A DNA stretch of 64,000 nucleotides from Octopus vulgaris (taxonomy: Eukaryota). Both the position numbers and the translations under genes were made by a program. The notes beneath the pieces are model-generated. The model ran no database searches. It was not told the DNA's origin and saw only the letters and a list, made by a program, of their open reading frames with translations. Location of the stretch: positions 21,824,001 to 21,888,000 of the forward strand of contig OX597822.1 of the NCBI GenBank assembly GCA_951406725.2, in the 5' to 3' direction. This document shows, one piece after another, positions 53,776-64,000 of this stretch (position 1 is the stretch's first letter; each line of letters opens with the position of its first letter).

Positions 53776-54029
53776 ATATTTTATAATATTACCCTCAAGC
53801 TAATTTTCTCAAGGTTAAGATATAGATAATTTGCTAATGACAGTAGCTTGTAACTTGGGCTTACACAAACAAAAGAGCATCAGCATGGTTGATTTACTTG
53901 CTAGAAATAGTTTACAATTTTCAAGTTACACCCTACTATTTTGGAGCAACATATTAGATGATGTTGCTCTTGATGCATAATGACCAGGAGAAATCGTGGC
54001 AGAATTATATTTGGTCATAGGTAAGCTCA

Positions 54030-54278
54030 GTGGAGGCGCATGGCTTAGTGGTTAGGGTGTCAGCACCATGATCGTAAGATCGTGGTTTCGATTCCTGGAC
54101 CAGGTGACGCATTGTGTTCTTGAGCAAAATACTTCATTTCACATTGCTCCAGTCCACTCAGCTGGCAAAAATGAGTAACGCTGCGATAGACTGGCATCCC
54201 GTCCAGCTGGGGAACTCATACGCCCTAGAAACTGGGAAACTGGGTCCAAGAGCCTGGCTAGGCTTTAAAAGGGCGCAT

Positions 54279-54320
<42 letters not shown>
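54030..54320 (+). mobile_element. Young tRNA-derived SINE with (ATTT)n tail and 13-bp TSD
   Basis: A box tggcttagtgg, B box ggtttcgattcc, (ATTT)n tail; ataggtaagctca duplicated at 54017-54029 and 54321-54333. Confidence 0.92.
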
Positions 54321-54321
<1 letters not shown>

Positions 54322-55148
54322 TAGGTAAGCTCAATCAAGATTGAAACTGGTAACTCTTTTGATGATCCCAGAAAGAAAGTATCTCAAACAACCTTATTAT
54401 TGTGTTCGATTCACTCACAAGCAGAAGGCCCAGAACTAGATTGGATAAACATCAATTCTAAAGCCACATTGTTTGCTTTAACTTCCATCATGCTTTCTGT
54501 AAAATATTTTGTTTCAAGAATATTTTTTCAGAAATATACAAATCCTTCTCCATCATTTTTGACAGTTTATTCCCATCTGTACACACATATATACAGAACA
54601 TAACTACACACACATGCATGCATGCACATGCACATGCACACACACATAACTCCTCATACGATAGTAAGTACTTTGGACTTTGGGGTTCCATTTATCAAAT
54701 TTAATATCCTGTGATATTTCTCTAAACCCATGGTCGTTGTCTCTCTATCTGGGTGAAATCTCCAAGACGTATCAAATATTACCTATGAAAAGCTTGGCAG
54801 CTAGTTTTTGTTGCTTATTGTCTGCCACTGCACTATCTTTTATCATGGTAGTAAGAGGGGAGAATGGCTAGTCAGGTTGTAACTTGTTAACATAAACTTT
54901 GAACAACTTCCTCTCAAATGACAGCAGTGAAGAATATTAAAATGTTTAGCTTTCAATAAAATTCTCCCATTTTTCCATTAGTGATGTTTCATTGCAATCG
55001 TTGGACTACCCTCGCTTAACTTTCGTTATATTTTTGTCTTCTTTTATATTAATTTCCGTCTAACCAATAACAGTATTGAAAATAGACTTTAATAATTATT
55101 GTGGTGGTAGTGATGATATCAGAAATTATTATTATTATTGTTATTATG

Positions 55149-55268
<120 letters not shown>

Positions 55269-56058
55269 GTTATATTGATTTTTAAAAATTGTTGTTGTTG
55301 TTGTTGTCGTCGTTTTCTGTTATATTATTATGTGTGATTTATGTAACTAGCACTGTGAAGTTATGCTAATTTCTCAGTGAACCGATTCCATTCATTTGGT
55401 TATGATTTTGAGTTGAAAGCACTTTACTGAAGTTGCTAGCATATCTTAGTTAACACAGTAATTTTACTACCTTTCATATCTCATTTTGTGGCTTTTTATG
55501 TTTAACTAAGCACTCATTATTTATGCATGATTCCTGGTTGATCTGTTTGCTGTAAATTATTGAATATTGACCCGCTATCCTACATATAATTCCTTCACTC
55601 TCAAGTATCAATTCCTGATGATTCAGCTACAATGACGGAGTCTCTATAAATTGTGCAGTCTCTTAGAAATAGTAGCCAAATCTCCCTAAGGTTGCATTTA
55701 AAAAGAAATAATGCATTACATAAGCTACTTCTAAGGTCATGGCTAGAATACTTTTAATGAGAGTTCTTGGTCAGGACAGACCCAGAATTAAACAATAACA
55801 ATAACAGCCACAGCTACAGATGAATACCTTTAATGATAATTTTTGGTGAGTGCCCTACATTGAATTATTTTCATTTTAATTGGTAGCACAGTAAGAGTTT
55901 TCAGCACTCAGGAGCAAAGATACTTTTAGTGTTTACCCTCACCTTAATTAACAAATATGATGGTGTAGATGGACTTTTCCGTTCTTTTACAACCATACCC
56001 AGAGTCACTGATCCCTATTCCTTCTACTTGCTATGCCTTTGTCTTTTTAACACCTTAA

Positions 56059-56279
56059 CCCTTTAGCATTTAAACCAGCCATATCCAGCCAGAAGTATTC
56101 TGCCTGTTTTATGGTCAAACTGGCCAGATCTGGTCTCTCACACCAGCCCTACAATATCGTTTTAAAAATTAACAGCTACCTCATCAAAATCTCATAGCTA
56201 CAAGATGATGCATGATTAGTTCAAAACAATGTGGATAAAAAAGCATTCATTTTGGTTGAATAATGCGAACACTAATGGG
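56059..56279. mobile_element. piggyBac-type MITE with TTAA TSD (second family)
   Basis: TTAA (56055-56058) ccctttagc ... actaatggg TTAA (56280-56283). Confidence 0.75.
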
Positions 56280-58890
56280 TTAAACTGTTTTCTGTCCAGT
56301 ATTTCTCTACATAAACCATTTTATCTCCATTCCATAGTTCATTAATTCATTAGAGCTTGAAATGTTTCCTGTTTTTGTTGCTTAAGAATTTTTTTTCACA
56401 AATTTTTACTTTCACTAAAAATACAAGTGCCAGGGTAGAATATAGATTATTACTATATTTATTTTTTGTGACCATAGTATCTTACCTTTTTATATTTGTA
56501 TTACTAGATTTTTCAAAATTTTAAAAACATTTTTCTTTCATGTACACATCCTTCTGTAATGGCTTTTTAAAAAAAATTAATGAAGGTGATAAGATATAAA
56601 TTGTTAAAATGGGTGTATCATCATACACTGGAAGATAAGTAAAAGATAATAGAAAGCAGAATTAAAGTCCAACTTGGAAAATGCATCTTCTAAACTTGGA
56701 CATTACAAATCAGTCATCCAGTTCAGCTGCACTAGGTGGATATTGAGTGCATTTAGTAGAGTTCATTCCATTCCAAGCATTTTCCATACTTGCATGGATC
56801 AGACAGAATTACTTGCATGGATCAGATCGAGGTAGATTTCCTGTGGCTGGATGGTCTTCCTGTCAGTAACCCTCTCTTGTTTCCAAGTAAGTTAATATTT
56901 CCCCATGGTTGAATGTGCTTGCACTATTTGCATGATGGTGATGCTGTTCAGAATACATAATGTACACACACCACTCTAAAAGTAACATTGACAGGCTCTG
57001 TGTATCATGAAGGTAGCAGCAGTTTGTTTAATACAGAAGACACCATCAGTGCTGCAATACTGGATTTCAACAATTATGTTGTACAGGAAGACATACTTTT
57101 TCTATCAATTTTAAGCACAAGGCCTGAAATGTTGAAGGAGGGACTAGTTGATTACAAACTTCACTCCCTACTCTTGATCCTCTGTTCTTATTCTTTCTTA
57201 TATTCACCCTGAGTATACATCCTGACCCCTTGTAATCTTGTCTACAGAAAAATACCAATTTTTGTTGCTCTGTATACTTTAGCCTCTCAACATCTGACAT
57301 AAGGCCATGCCCTTTTCTGCTACACCCTCACTCAGATGAGGGTCTTCTTTTGTCTTGTGAGTTTCTTGGTTAGCCCACTAGTGCCAGTGCCATGAAAAAA
57401 TGCACTCTGTAAAGTGGTTGGCATTTAGGAAGGCATCTGGTCATAAAAACCATGCCCAAGCAGATATTGGGGTTTGACATAGCCCTCTGGTTCATCAGAT
57501 CTTGTCAAACTATCAATCCCATGCAGTAAGGAAAACAGACATTAATTGATGATGATGGTAATTAGTGCACTCTCAGGACTGCTACTTATGAAGTTGAAGG
57601 ATATTGGAATCAAAATCCATCTTATTAATTGTATTATTTATCTGCAGAAAAGTTCCATCCTATATATGACAAAAATTCTAAGGAAGATTATTGAGGTTTG
57701 AGGAGAATTGTTGTCACCAAACCTCAGTAGAACGTCCCTGCTAATCAATTTAGCATGATATAACTTTTGTATAATTATAATAATAAAATTACTTGTTTCC
57801 AATTTTGACAAAAGCCATTGACTTTGAGGAGAGGAATAAATAGATTAAATTGCTGCTAGTTCTTGGTATTCTTAATTTATTCCCCAACTTCCAATGAACT
57901 TATACAAAATTGACATCAGCAGGATTTGAACTCAGAACACGAAAAGCCAAAACAAACATTCATGACATTTCTTTTTTTTGACAATTTTACCAATCCAATA
58001 TCCAGTATAATAACAATAACGATAATAATAATGATAATAATAATAAGACTTTACAAAATAAAAAATGCAATGAGTGATTTTGATTTTTTGTTATTAAATA
58101 AAAACGATGCATCAAATATCTAGAAACAGGAATAGCAACTTAATACCATCCATAGACTTGCCATGAAAGTATTAGTTATGGTGATTTAGTTGTTGTTGTT
58201 GTCAGTGGTGAGGATGTATTTTTGCTGATGCACTCTTTTGTAAGTTTGCTATTAGTGTAGCTGAATCGTAAACAATATTCCATGATTAAATTACTATGGT
58301 TGGTCCTGATGCACATCTAAATATATTTTTAATTTCATGATGTGATCTACCAAAGCATATGGCATTCAAATGTGTGTGCATGCATGCATGTCTGTGTGTG
58401 TATGCATGTATATACACATTCACACACATATACACATACCTACTTACACATTTTAGCAATATAGTTTATGATAAATATAATGTAAATAAGTGAATTGTAT
58501 ATACTGCACACAGAGTGTTGTCATCCACTTTATATTCAGTATGCAATGAATGTTCAGATGGACACATTTTTACCGACTTAGTAGATAACAATCACTTAAA
58601 ATTTCCTTTTTTTCGTCTGACATCCATATAAATGAAGAGAAAAAAATTCAGTAAAATCGTTTCCTAGTTTGAAATGATAAGTGACAAAAGTCTTTGGAAG
58701 TCCTCGAGACTCATTAGGCTAGTACATAAATCTAAATTCATTAGTGTTTAGCAGATCAAAGACGAATATGCTCCTGGATATGATACACATCTAGTGCAGA
58801 CATCATTCCTAAAAGAATTCGTTCCTGTTCTTGAAACTATAGTGCACTTGAGCACTGTATATAATAGGCTTATTATTATTATTGTTATTA

Positions 58891-60046
58891 AGGTGGCGAG
58901 CTGGCAGAGTCATTACTGTGCCAGACAAAATGCTTAGCAGCACTTCATCTGTCCTTATGTTCTGAGTTCCAATTCTGCTGAAGTCAACTTAGCTTTTTTA
59001 TTTTTTGGGAATCGATATAATAAGTACCAGTTGAGCTCTGGGGTCAGTGCAATTGACTTACTCCGTGCCTTGAATGTACTGGCCTAGTGCCAAAATTTGA
59101 AGCCATTATTATTATTACTGAGGGAGTGAGTTGGCAAAATTCTTAGCACATGAGGCAAAATGCTTTGGGGTATTTCAGCTGTCTTTGCATTCTGAGTAAA
59201 AATTCCACTGTGGTTGATTTTGCTTGTAATCCATTTTGTGTTGATGAAATAAGTACCAGTGGAACACTGAGGTTGATGTAATCGACTGACTCCTTTCCCT
59301 GAAACTGCTGGCCTTGAGCCAACATTTGAAATTATTGTCATTATTACTTTTATAATCTTTTTGACTCAAGATTGATCTTATTCCTAATAGAATTTATGTG
59401 GGCTGCAGGTTAACATCTGTAATGTTAGATATCCACATGCTTTCAATAAACCATTAAGCACACAAAAGCCTTCGGATAATCTTGCCTATTTCTAAGAGGT
59501 AAACATTCTGTAGATGCTCTACAGGATATTCCAGTCCAATCTTCTTTATCTAGTTGTCTATTTCACCACTCACAGTCACAAATGTACCAGTTGCCACAGG
59601 TGCAATCTTTACAGCTTCCATGTTCCAAATCCTCTCTGAGAAAATTTTAAGAAATCTATCCAAAGACTGTACCATGTACTTCTTGCTTCAAAGTTCCATT
59701 TTCAACAAACCTTCCAGTGTAAAACTTTCACAACTAGAAAATGTCTCCATTTCTTATACTCTATGTGGTCAACTTGTGGAATTCTGCAGCAGAATGTGTC
59801 ACTGTTTCATCCTAAATTTCAAATGCTCTACATTTTGCTAAAACGTTCCCATACGGATACTAATTGTTAGCATGCTGGGTGAAATGCTTAGCGGCATCTC
59901 GTCCATCTTTATGTTCTGAGTTAAAATTCCTTCGAGGTCAACTTTGCCTTTTATCCTTTTCGGATTGGTAAAATAAGTACCGGTTGAACACTGGGGTCAA
60001 TGTAGTCCCTCCAACGAAATTGCTGGCCTTGTCCCAAAATTTGAAA

Positions 60047-60077
<31 letters not shown>

Positions 60078-60129
60078 CATTATTATTATTATTATTACTA
60101 TTATTATTATTATTATCATTATCATTATT

Positions 60130-60161
<32 letters not shown>

Positions 60162-60750
60162 CATTATTATTATTATTATTGTTGTTGTTGTTGTTATGAA
60201 GGCAGTCAGCTGGCAGAATCATTAGCACGCTGGATGAAATGCTTAGTGGTATTTTGCCCATCACTATGCTTTAAGTTCAAATTCTGTCGAGGTCAACTTT
60301 ACCTTTCGTCCTTTTGGGGTCAATGAAATAAGTACCAGTTGAACACTGGGGTCGATATAATCAACTTATCCCCTGCAAACAAAATTGTTGCCCTTGTAGA
60401 AAAATTTGAAACTTTTTTTTTTATCTTTCCATTATTTGTAAACCCCCAACACTTTATGTATTTCTTTGCATTGTCCCACTCAGCCTTCACACTGGTGGCA
60501 AATAAAAGAACTCAACATCATCATCATCATCATCATTATAGCAATCTGGCAGAATCATTTGTGAGTTAGACAAAATGCTGAGATTCATTTCTTCTAGCTC
60601 TGTACATATGTTCAGATTCCACCAACATAAACTTTGCTCTCCATTCCGTCTGGTCAGCAAAATAAGAACCAGTTAAACACTGGAAGCAATGTAATCAACT
60701 TATTCCCTTTCCCAAGAGTGCTGGTTTTGTACCAAAATTTGCAACCATTA
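58891..60750 (+). mobile_element. Array of about five family B SINEs, with a possible inverted LINE RT remnant at ~59400-59840
   Basis: Units start near 58891, 59119, 59860, 60199 and 60540, separated by (ATT)n or (CAT)n. Confidence 0.8.
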
Positions 60751-62202
60751 TTATATAAAGGTAATTTTTTAACTGCTTGTTCAACATCTTAACCAATCAG
60801 AAATTTGAACATTCATAAACTAATGACAAATGTTTATTGGGGCTGTTTTAATGTATTCTGTATCAATTTATTCATGACCGCAATAAATTAATCTGTTTTA
60901 ATTAATCTGTTTTGTAAATTCAAATATTCATTTGAATTATCAACAGTTGGGTAATATCTTAGTGTATGAGTACCTTTCATAATATCAATCACTTTACCAA
61001 CAAATCTACAAGCTTAAGAGATCAGTAGCTTATGAAATAGATTTCTCCAGTGCTCTCAAGTATTCTCATTAGCTGTACCATCAAACAACTTAATTATGTG
61101 CATGAGAAAATTAACTGTACCAAAACTGAAATACACATCTTTACAGAGTTTGCCTATGTCTCTTGTGTATTACCTTCAAAATAAGCCCTCAAGGAAATAT
61201 TCAAGTGTAAAATTTATTTAAAACTCAATAACATTTGTGTCTAATACATTTACCCAAACATTGAACTCTGAGTCAAATATAGGATTTCATTCTTTCCATT
61301 CCAGTAAAATGTTTATTTCCACCAATTCTGATCAATATTGAGGAAAATGTTTTCTTTTATTGAATTTAATATCAATATCTTCTTGGTTCTCTTCTGTCAC
61401 TTCAATATTCATAAACTTGCCTCAATTATGACCTAGAACATTCTCTGCCTTCGTTGTCAGAATTTGTAAATTCATCTGCGAAACTATTGTCATATTTTCT
61501 ATAAAATCTTCAACTGAAATTTAAATAAGTACAAATATACAAAAGGAAAAGGTGTTTGTGTGTATGTATGTATGTATGTGTATATATTTATATTTATATA
61601 TTTATATCAGTAGCTAGAGGTATATATACAGAGAAAGGGAGAAATAATTGTATAGGATACAATTATACTTAAGGGCAAAAATTGTATTATGCATGTATGC
61701 TGAAAGAACAGGACTAATACCTATTCAGCGTATTCTTTCAGCATATAGGCATAATAGCTTCAGTATAATTGCATGCTATACAATTAATTATCTCTTTGAA
61801 TGTATTTTACCTAAAAGGTTTTCATATACTGGCCACTGATAAAATCCACTAATTTTAATGATTTTATCCTCTAATCATGTTTTATGTATATATGTGTGTG
61901 TGAGTGTATGTATATCATCATTGTCTAACGTCCATTTTTCCATGCTGGTGTGGGTTGGAGAACTTAACAGGAACTGGTGAGGCCAGGGACCACACCTGGT
62001 TTCACAGTCTGTTTCGGTTTGGTTTCTACAGTGGATACTCTTACTAATGCCAATCACTTTACAAAGTGAACCAGGGTGCTTTTTATGTGGCACCTTGGTT
62101 TTATCATAGGTATCTATCCATTTATCTATTTATCTATCTATCTATCTATCCCTCCCTCTATCTATCTATATCTATACACATACATATATGTGTGTGTTTG
62201 TT

Positions 62203-62270
<68 letters not shown>

Positions 62271-62271
<1 letters not shown>

Positions 62272-63090
62272 TTAGACGAAGTTGCCCCTATGTAAAAGAA
62301 GACATCGGTACCCGCAGAAATTTTGCATTGGTAAATTGTGTTTCTAATTTTGGAATTTTTGGATAAGAACTTTAATCTGTTGGGGTTAACCTCCGAGACT
62401 AATACGGAGTTTTTATTGTTATGATAGGTGTATTTATTATTGCTAGCATTGGTCACGATACTGTTCCAGTGCAATCTGTGGACATGTACCAAGAGCGATA
62501 AAAATTAAATATCTAGTCAACATCATAGTGTTTGGAGTGATCACTAATAATGGTGATACTATGCCTTCATTCATCTTCTCATATGGCTTCAGCTGCATCA
62601 TGGAGGCCTACATCAAATGCCTGGAGGCGATAGTGCTGCTGGAAGACTGTGTATCTGGCAATAGGACTCTGCACCATGCCACACAAGCAGAAGAACCCAG
62701 TCATGACTGTCAGACAATTTTTGAGACCACATAATCCTTAACATTTGGCCACTTAACTCCCCAGACTGCATCCCCCTTGATTATTATGTGTGTGGTACAG
62801 TTGAGTGAGAGACTAGCAAAACTCCTTGAAACAGCAAAGAGGAACTGTATGCAAGGATTATAGCAGTATTCACCAACTTAAACAAGGAGACTGTCCAGAA
62901 GAACTGCAGGAGATTCCGAAGTTGTCTGGAGGCTGTGGTTGAAACCAATGGCGGTGTTATTGAGTAAATTTACTCTTTAGTATTTCAAGATATTTTATTG
63001 TAATTTTGGTAAATATATCTGTTAAAATGAGTTGTTAGTGTTATTTTGATTTTTGTGTAATTTAGATGAGAGATTATTCACTGCACCCTG
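62271..63090 (+). mobile_element. Decayed Tc1/mariner-superfamily element, DD37D (maT-type) transposase pseudogene
   Basis: VFGVITNNGDTMPSFIF ... WQ*DSAPCHTSRRTQS*LSDNF*DHIILNIWPLNSPDCIPLDYYVCG ... CRRFRSCLEAVVETNGGVIE*. There are 37 residues between the second and third catalytic Asp. Ends in a TIR-like ...gcaccctg at 63090. Confidence 0.85.
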
Positions 63091-63107
63091 TGCGTGTGTG
63101 TGTGTGT

Positions 63108-63151
<44 letters not shown>

Positions 63152-63195
63152 TTATGTGAAAATTATAAATCATAAGTCTGGCTTGTTTGCAATTT

Positions 63196-63324
63196 TACAA
63201 CCAAAAGGCAGAAATATATACGTCACTAAAGTGACTTAGGGTTCTTGTCAGCACCAGCAATGCTTGTACTGACTAGTGCCCTCAGTCACTTTAGCAACGT
63301 ATATATTCCTGCCATTTGGCTGTA
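63196..63324. mobile_element. Fully palindromic MITE-like fold-back with TA ends
   Basis: TA caaccaaaaggcagaaatatatacgtcactaaagtgacttaggg...agca-a-tgct...ccctcagtcactttagcaacgtatatattcctgccatttggctg TA. Confidence 0.8.
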
Positions 63325-63406
63325 TGTATATATGTGTATATCTATATGAATGTGTGTGTGTATATGTGTATGTATGTATGTGTGTGTGTATATGTGTATG
63401 TATATA

Positions 63407-63477
<71 letters not shown>

Positions 63478-63543
63478 ATATGTATATATGTATATATATA
63501 TACACATACACACACACACATATATATATATATTTATATATCT

Positions 63544-64000
63544 CAGGTCATTCCATAAGTTCTGTCCGAAGTTTGAATAAAGAAAACAAGTGATCAAATG
63601 TTATATTTAATTGAAATTTAATCATCAATGTACTTTCCCTGATTATCCATGACATCCTTCCCTCTATTTACAAGCTTTTTTATCCCATCAATGTAAAACT
63701 CTTTTGGTTTCAAAGCAAAGAACTCTGAAATATCAGTTTCGATTTCCTCCAGGCTTGCGAAAATTATGTCCCCCAAATGATTCTGTAAACTACGAAACAA
63801 ATGGTAGTCTGAAGGAGCACGGTTGGGAAAATAAGGTGGATGAGGAATTTTTTTCCAACCAAGCTCTTCAATCTTCTGTGATGTGATCTTTGCAGTGTGG
63901 GGTCGCACATTGTCCTGATGAAACATCACTCCTTTTCGATTCACTAAAGTGGGATTTCTTTTCTTCAAAACCTGGTTCAAACACTCTAATTGCTGACAGT
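63544..64000 (-). mobile_element. mariner (DD34D) transposon 3' part, truncated by the window edge
   Basis: ORF 63618-63980 reads NRKGVMFHQDNVRPH...LGWKKIPHPPYFPNRAPSDYHLFRSLQNHL, matching the HDNARPH and YSPDLAPSDY motifs with substitutions. TIR-like caggtcattccataagttctgtccg lies next to (TA)n. Confidence 0.9.

Noticed and set aside
54030-54105. tRNA-like sequence with A and B boxes
   Set aside because: It is the head of a SINE with body, tail and TSD, not a tRNA gene.
61000-61530. Acidic peptide-like fragments on the minus strand after a tttcag acceptor
   Set aside because: Stops in all frames and no recognisable family.

Overview
AT-rich eukaryotic genomic DNA dense in microsatellites and SINEs. 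The repeat make-up suggests a coleoid cephalopod, most likely Octopus; this is an inference from recalled repeat families. Only one convincing host-gene exon was found: a 121-nt + strand internal exon (38544-38664) of an M1-family zinc aminopeptidase (ERAP/ENPEP/ANPEP-like). The rest is therefore probably two very large introns. These are filled with tRNA-derived SINEs (often in tandem arrays joined by (ATT)n), decayed LINEs (RTE-, CR1- and R4/Dong-like), a Penelope-like GIY-YIG remnant, mariner DD34D and maT DD37D transposase remnants, TTAA-flanked piggyBac-type MITEs, a non-autonomous Helitron and several fold-back elements. Nearly all ORFs in the supplied track are microsatellite or low-complexity artefacts. 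The most unusual observation is a 133-bp fold-back at 50665-50797. Its right arm folds as a complete type I hammerhead ribozyme with a U3-A8 compensatory core (UUGAUAA instead of CUGAUGA), in the sense orientation of the host intron. All calls were made by eye; repeat boundaries are approximate unless TSDs or TIRs are quoted.
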